From Vicinamibacteria bacterium (GTDB taxonomy: Bacteria; Acidobacteriota; Vicinamibacteria; Marinacidobacterales; Marinacidobacteraceae): a stretch of DNA of 64,000 bases. The notes beneath the pieces were generated by a model. That model was not told the DNA's origin and ran no database searches. It saw nothing but the letters and a program-made list of their open reading frames with translations. How positions within the stretch are numbered: the stretch's first letter is position 1; each line of letters begins with the position of its first letter. The stretch is from assembly GCA_963555995.3 (NCBI GenBank), contig OY821641.1, forward strand, positions 2,816,001 to 2,880,000. Direction: 5' to 3'. This document shows, piece after piece, positions 58,973-64,000 of this stretch. The position numbers were made by a program, and so were the translations under genes.

Positions 58973-61900
58973 TCAGTTCTTGGCGCGGATCAGCTCGATG
59001 TCGAGCCCGAGGCTCTGGATTTCCGCCATCAGCACCTTGAACGATGCCGGCACCTCGGGCGAATAGCTGGTGTCGCCCTTCACGATGGACTCGTAGACCT
59101 TCGCGCGGCCCCGGACGTCGTCCGACTTCACGGTCAGGATCTCCTGGAGCGTGTGCGCCGCACCGTAGGCCTCGATGGCCCACACTTCCATCTCGCCGAA
59201 CCGCTGACCGCCGAACTGCGCCTTTCCGCCCAGCGGCTGCTGCGTGATCAGGCTGTAGGGCCCGATGCTGCGGGCGTGCATCTTGTCGTCCACCAGGTGC
59301 CCGAGCTTGAGCATGTAGATGTACCCGGAGGTGACGGGCTGATCGAAGGGCCTTCCGGTGCGGCCGTCGTAGAGAACGGTCTTGCCGTCCTCCAGGACGT
59401 TCGCCCGTAGTCCGTCTTCGTTCCGGGCCTTGTCGTTGGCCTCGTCGAGGAGCCTGCGGATGTCCGTCTCGCGGGCTCCGTCGAAGACGGGGGTGGCGAA
59501 GTGGCGGTCCAGCATGCGCGCCGCCCAACCCAGGTGGGTCTCGAGGACCTGGCCGATGTTCATGCGCGACGGAACGCCGAGCGGATTCAGGATGATGTCC
59601 ACCGGCGTGCCGTCGGGCAGGAACGGCATGTCCTCCACGGGCACGATCTTGGCGATGACGCCCTTGTTGCCGTGCCGGCCGGCCATCTTGTCGCCCACGC
59701 TGAGCTTTCGCTTCATGGCCACGTAGACCTTGACCATCTTGATGACGCCGGGGGGAAGATCGTCTCCCTGGCTCACCACCGCCTGCTGCTCGTCGCGGCG
59801 AACCGAGAGCAGATCCAGTTGTTCCTCGGTCTTTTCCTGGATCTCCTGGATCTCATCCCTCACGTCATCGGGAAGATCGGTCTCGAACAGGGGAACGAAG
59901 TCGAGCCGCTTCAAGAGCTCCTTCCTGGTCAGGCGCGTGCCCTTCTTGAGTTCGATTTCCCCCGTGGCCGGGTTCATGCAGTCCTCGACGAGGTGGGCGC
60001 CGACCATCCGGTCCACGATGCGCTTGTCGCACTCCTCGCGCAGAATCCGCTCTTCATCGTGGTAGTCGCGGTCAATGGCCTCGATGTCGTCCGCCTCGAT
60101 CGACAGCGCCCGCTCGTCGCGGTTCGCGTCCTTCCGGTGGAACACGCGAACGTCCACGACCACGCCTTCGACCCCGGACGGGCACTTGAGCGACGAGTTC
60201 TTGACGTCTCCCGCCTTGTCTCCGAAGATGGCCCGGAGGAGCTTCTCCTCCGGAGTCAGTTGAGCCTCGGCCTTGGGAGTGACGCGCCCGACGAGGATGT
60301 CGCCGGGACTGACCCGGGCGCCGATACGGACGATGCCCGATTCGTCGAGGTTCCTGAGGAAGCTCTCGGCGACGCCGGGCACCTCGCGCGTGATGGACTC
60401 CGGACCCAGCTTGGTGTCCCGCGCCTGCACGGTGTGCTCTTCGATGTGGATCGAGGTGTAGCTGTCGTCCTGAACGAGCCGTTCCGAAACGATGATCGCG
60501 TCCTCGAAGTTGTAACCGCGCCACGGCATGAAGGCGACGAGCACGTTGCGCCCGAGCGCCAGTTCGCCGCCGTCGGTGCACGGGCCGTCCGCGATGATCT
60601 GACCCCTCGCGACGCGTTCCCCCACCTCCACCAGGGGCTTCTGGTTGATGGAGGTGTTCTGGTTGGAGCGGCGGAACTTCTTCAACCGATAGATGCTGGC
60701 CCCGATCTCGGTCTCTCCGGCCCCGTCGCTCTCCTTGCGAACAATGATCCGGCGCCCGTCCACCCGGTCCACGACTCCGTTTTCCCGGCACACGATGACC
60801 GATCCGGAGTCGCGCGCGGTCACGAACTCCATGCCCGTGCCCACGAGCGGGGCTTCCGCCGTGATCAGGGGGACCGCCTGGCGCTGCATGTTCGAACCCA
60901 TCAGGGCCCGGTTCGCATCGTCGTTCTCGAGGAAGGGCACGAGCGAGGCCGCCACCGAAACGATCTGCTTCGGAGACACGTCGATGAAATCAACGTTCTC
61001 CCTCGGCGCCGGCACGAACTCGCCCTCGTGACGGCAGTTGACGCGCGGATCCAGAAGCTCGCCGCGCTCTCCGACCCGGGCGTTCGCCTGCGCGATCGTG
61101 TGGCGTTCTTCCTCGAGTGCCGAAAGGTAGAACGCGTGAGGGATGAGCGTGGCGGACTTCCGGCGGCGTCCGATCTTGGCGTTGGCCGCCTCGGCGTCTT
61201 TCCTCGGCACGATGCCGCCGGCCTCGAGCTTGGTGTCCCCGGGATCCTCGACCCGCACGTAGTCCACGATCCGGCCATCCACGACCTTCCGGTAGGGACT
61301 CTGGATGAAACCGTAGTTGTCGATCGTCGCGTAGCAGGAGAGCGAACTGATCAGCCCGATGTTCGGACCTTCCGGCGTCTCGATGGGACAGATCCGCCCG
61401 TAGTGGGTCGCGTGGACATCCCGCACGTCGAACTTGGCGCGGTCACGGGAGAGTCCTCCCGGACCCAGCGCCGAGAGACGGCGCTTGTGCGTCACCTCGG
61501 AGAGCGGATTCGTCTGCTCCATGAACTGCGAGAGCTGGGAGGCGCCGAAGAACTCACGCACGGCGGCGGTCACCGGCTTCGCGTTGATCAGGTCGCGCGG
61601 CATCGCCGTGGTCATTTCCTGATACACGTTCATCTTTTCGCGAATCGCCCGCTCCATCCGGACGAGGCCCAGGCGGAACTGGTTCTCGAGGAGTTCGCCG
61701 ACCGACCGGACGCGGCGGTTGCCGAGGTGGTCAATGTCGTCCGCCCGATACCCGCTCTCGCCGCGGGTGAGGCGAAGGAGGTAGTCCAGCACCAGGACGA
61801 AGTCCTCTTCCGCGAGGATGGTTCGGTTGGGATCCATCTCACGCTCGAGTTTGGTGGCCAGCTTGCGCCGGCCGACCCGGGAGAAGTCGTACTTCTGTTC

Positions 61901-63196
61901 ATTGAAGAACAGGTTGTGGAGGAGGGTCCGGGAGCTCTCCACCGTGGGCTGGTCGCCGGGACGCTGCCGGCGATAGAGCTCGACCAGCGCTCCGTCCACG
62001 CTCTCGGCGTTCGGCGCGTCGGTGCCACGCTGCCGCGTCAGTGGATCCTTGTCCAGCGTGTCGGCCAGGACCGTACCGACCGGGTCCGCGCCCGGCAGTA
62101 CGACCCGGATCGTGCCCACGTCACCGAGTTCGTCCACGAGTTCCGGGGTCAACCGCGCGTTCGCCGGAACTTCCTCCCCGGTATCCGGAATCGTCGCCGC
62201 GACGGCCAGCCGGAAACCGCCGAGGGCTTCCAGATGGAAGTCCAGCGCTTCCCGGTTCTGCCGGGTCAGCTTCCGGATGTCGCCGCGGCTGATCCGCTTC
62301 CCGCCTTCGATGACGACTTCGCCGTCCGCCTCGATATCCCGCTCGATGCGCTCGTCGAGGAGCATCGCCTTCAGCGTTTCGGTCAGCGGCAGCCGGACCC
62401 GGTCCCCGGTCAGCGTCGCTTCGTGTACGTGATAGAAGCGCGCGAGGATGGACTCCGTCTTTCCGAACCCGAGCGCTCTCAGGAAGATCGTCGCCGGAAA
62501 GCGCTTCTTGCGATCAATGCGGACCTGCAGGAGCCCCCGCGCGTCCGTCTCGAACTCGAGCCATGAACCCCGATAGGGCACCACCTGGGCCAGAAAACAA
62601 CCACGCTCCGCCTCGTGGAAGAAGACGCCCGGCGAACGGTGCAACTGGGAGACGACGACGCGCTCGGTCCCGTTGATGATGAACGTCCCGTTCTCGGTCA
62701 TCAGCGGGATGTCGCCGAAGAAGACCTCTTCTTCCTTGATGTCGTGGATGGACCGCTGATTGGTTTCCGGATCGCGGTCCCAGACGGTCAGCCTGATCTT
62801 CACCTTCAGGGGCACGGCGTAGGTCTTGCCGCGCTGCTGGCACTGCTCCACGTCGTGTTCGACCTTCAGGTGGACCCGGTCCCCGCAGTAGTTGCAGACC
62901 GAACCGTTCCGGGTGTGCTCGATGCCTTCCAACTCGCCGCAACTGCACGCCCACCGGCCTACCGAGTACTCGAGGAAGTCCAGCTCGCAGTTATCGCGAA
63001 AGTCCTTGATGGGGAAGATGGAACGGAATACGGCCTGGAGGCCGATCTCCTCGCGATCCTGCGGCTGCAGGTCCTTCTGAAGGAATCGGTCGTACGACCG
63101 ATGCTGGACCTCGATGAGCTTGGGCAGGGGAATGGACGCCCGGATGCGGGAGAAGTCGTGCCGCGTTTGCTTCGGAGTGATTTCAGCGGTCAACAT
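58973..63196 (-). CDS. rpoB: RNA polymerase beta subunit
   Basis: [30 protein letters not shown] and [12 protein letters not shown]. Confidence 0.99.
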   Translation of the reverse strand: MLTAEITPKQTRHDFSRIRASIPLPKLIEVQHRSYDRFLQKDLQPQDREEIGLQAVFRSIFPIKDFRDNCELDFLEYSVGRWACSCGELEGIEHTRNGSVCNYCGDRVHLKVEHDVEQCQQRGKTYAVPLKVKIRLTVWDRDPETNQRSIHDIKEEEVFFGDIPLMTENGTFIINGTERVVVSQLHRSPGVFFHEAERGCFLAQVVPYRGSWLEFETDARGLLQVRIDRKKRFPATIFLRALGFGKTESILARFYHVHEATLTGDRVRLPLTETLKAMLLDERIERDIEADGEVVIEGGKRISRGDIRKLTRQNREALDFHLEALGGFRLAVAATIPDTGEEVPANARLTPELVDELGDVGTIRVVLPGADPVGTVLADTLDKDPLTRQRGTDAPNAESVDGALVELYRRQRPGDQPTVESSRTLLHNLFFNEQKYDFSRVGRRKLATKLEREMDPNRTILAEEDFVLVLDYLLRLTRGESGYRADDIDHLGNRRVRSVGELLENQFRLGLVRMERAIREKMNVYQEMTTAMPRDLINAKPVTAAVREFFGASQLSQFMEQTNPLSEVTHKRRLSALGPGGLSRDRAKFDVRDVHATHYGRICPIETPEGPNIGLISSLSCYATIDNYGFIQSPYRKVVDGRIVDYVRVEDPGDTKLEAGGIVPRKDAEAANAKIGRRRKSATLIPHAFYLSALEEERHTIAQANARVGERGELLDPRVNCRHEGEFVPAPRENVDFIDVSPKQIVSVAASLVPFLENDDANRALMGSNMQRQAVPLITAEAPLVGTGMEFVTARDSGSVIVCRENGVVDRVDGRRIIVRKESDGAGETEIGASIYRLKKFRRSNQNTSINQKPLVEVGERVARGQIIADGPCTDGGELALGRNVLVAFMPWRGYNFEDAIIVSERLVQDDSYTSIHIEEHTVQARDTKLGPESITREVPGVAESFLRNLDESGIVRIGARVSPGDILVGRVTPKAEAQLTPEEKLLRAIFGDKAGDVKNSSLKCPSGVEGVVVDVRVFHRKDANRDERALSIEADDIEAIDRDYHDEERILREECDKRIVDRMVGAHLVEDCMNPATGEIELKKGTRLTRKELLKRLDFVPLFETDLPDDVRDEIQEIQEKTEEQLDLLSVRRDEQQAVVSQGDDLPPGVIKMVKVYVAMKRKLSVGDKMAGRHGNKGVIAKIVPVEDMPFLPDGTPVDIILNPLGVPSRMNIGQVLETHLGWAARMLDRHFATPVFDGARETDIRRLLDEANDKARNEDGLRANVLEDGKTVLYDGRTGRPFDQPVTSGYIYMLKLGHLVDDKMHARSIGPYSLITQQPLGGKAQFGGQRFGEMEVWAIEAYGAAHTLQEILTVKSDDVRGRAKVYESIVKGDTSYSPEVPASFKVLMAEIQSLGLDIELIRAKN

Positions 63197-63378
63197 GAGG
63201 AAGGCCTGTTCGCATTGCTACGAGACACCCGGCGCGGGGCCGCCAGGCGGCGCCCCGGTGAGCCGGGAGATAGCCCGGACGGCCGCTGCCGCCGGCTGAT
63301 GGCGGTTCTCCGCCACCGGCCGAGCGCGGGACGCGGCGAAACCGGGGGAAAGGATTTGGCAAAGGAGACGCACCCGAT

Positions 63379-63768
63379 CTACTTGATTTCGATCGTCGCG
63401 CCGACCTCCTTGAATCGCTCCTGGATCGCCTTGGCTTCCTCCATGGGAACGCCTTCCTTGACCGCTTTCGGAGCCTCTTCCACGAGCGTCTTCGCCTCCC
63501 GGAGGCCGAGACTCGTCAGTTCCCGGACCGCCTTGATGACCTGAACCCGGTTCGGGCCGGTCTCCGTGAGTACGGCGTCGAACTCCGTCTGTTCCTCGAC
63601 CGGCGCGGCCTCACCGCCGCCGGCCGCAACTGCCACCGGCATGGCGGCCGCCGCGGAGACTCCGAGTTCATCTTCGAGCGCCTTGACGAGTTCGGACAGC
63701 TCCAGCACGGTGAGCTGCTTGATGTGGTTGACAACGTCCTGCTGGCTGATTGTCGACATGGTGGGCAT
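63379..63768 (-). CDS. rplL: 50S ribosomal protein L7/L12
   Basis: [21 protein letters not shown] and LGLREAK; alternative start at 63759. Confidence 0.97.
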   Translation of the reverse strand: MPTMSTISQQDVVNHIKQLTVLELSELVKALEDELGVSAAAAMPVAVAAGGGEAAPVEEQTEFDAVLTETGPNRVQVIKAVRELTSLGLREAKTLVEEAPKAVKEGVPMEEAKAIQERFKEVGATIEIK

Positions 63769-63857
63769 CTACTCCTTACGGCTTGAATCGAGATTTGGGG
63801 AAATAGCGTGACAACGACGGACCGGCGGCGAGCGCCTGATTCCGACGGCAACGAGGT

Positions 63858-64000
63858 TCACTGGGCGGCGCCTCCGCCGGCGGCCTTCTCTTCGGCTGCC
63901 TTGAGCACGAGCACCAGCTTTCGTGGAACGCCCTCGAGGACATTCATCAGGTTCCGGATGGGCGCCGCGATGACGGCGACGACCTGACCGCGAAGCGCCT
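63858..64000 (-). CDS. rplJ: 50S ribosomal protein L10, 3' end (partial)
   Basis: Translated by eye: ...LRGQVVAVIAAPIRNLMNVLEGVPRKLVLVLKAAEEK...; directly upstream of rplL. Confidence 0.85.
   Translation of the reverse strand, partial: ALRGQVVAVIAAPIRNLMNVLEGVPRKLVLVLKAAEEKAAGGGAAQ

Overview
High-GC bacterial chromosomal window, probably Acidobacteriota (inferred from a Cys-rich insert near the RpoB N-terminus and an Acidobacteria-style PilM; not certain). The left half (1-34.7 kb) is a mixed metabolic/envelope region: ERG4/ERG24-type sterol reductase, alpha carbonic anhydrase, katG, M28 peptidase, glcDEF-like operon, yjbQ, SDR, an SSS-ClC-dtd-DsbA-PPOX operon, a frameshifted PIG-L deacetylase, an ATPase_2/DUF234-like ATPase-nuclease, DASS transporter, tenA, aldehyde dehydrogenase, DmpA peptidase, asparaginase, a divergent pilM/N/O-like trio and a second EF-G. 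The right half (34.8-64 kb) is the rplJL-rpoBC-str-S10-spc-alpha superoperon on the minus strand, with no tuf between fusA and rpsJ. I saw no rRNA, tRNA, CRISPR array or transposase. The most unusual signal is non-coding: five copies of a palindromic element family sharing CAGCC...GGCTG-like ends. Three are exactly 187 bp, one is 187+90 bp and one has a different interior. Their stems co-vary between copies, and the better-folding strand is always antisense to the host mRNA. Four copies sit at or beside stop codons or ribosome-binding sites, three of them inside the ribosomal superoperon. A separate REP-like hairpin family (about 13 copies) is also present. RpoB carries substitutions at positions equivalent to known rifamycin and streptolydigin resistance sites, and the L22 exit-tunnel loop is strongly diverged.
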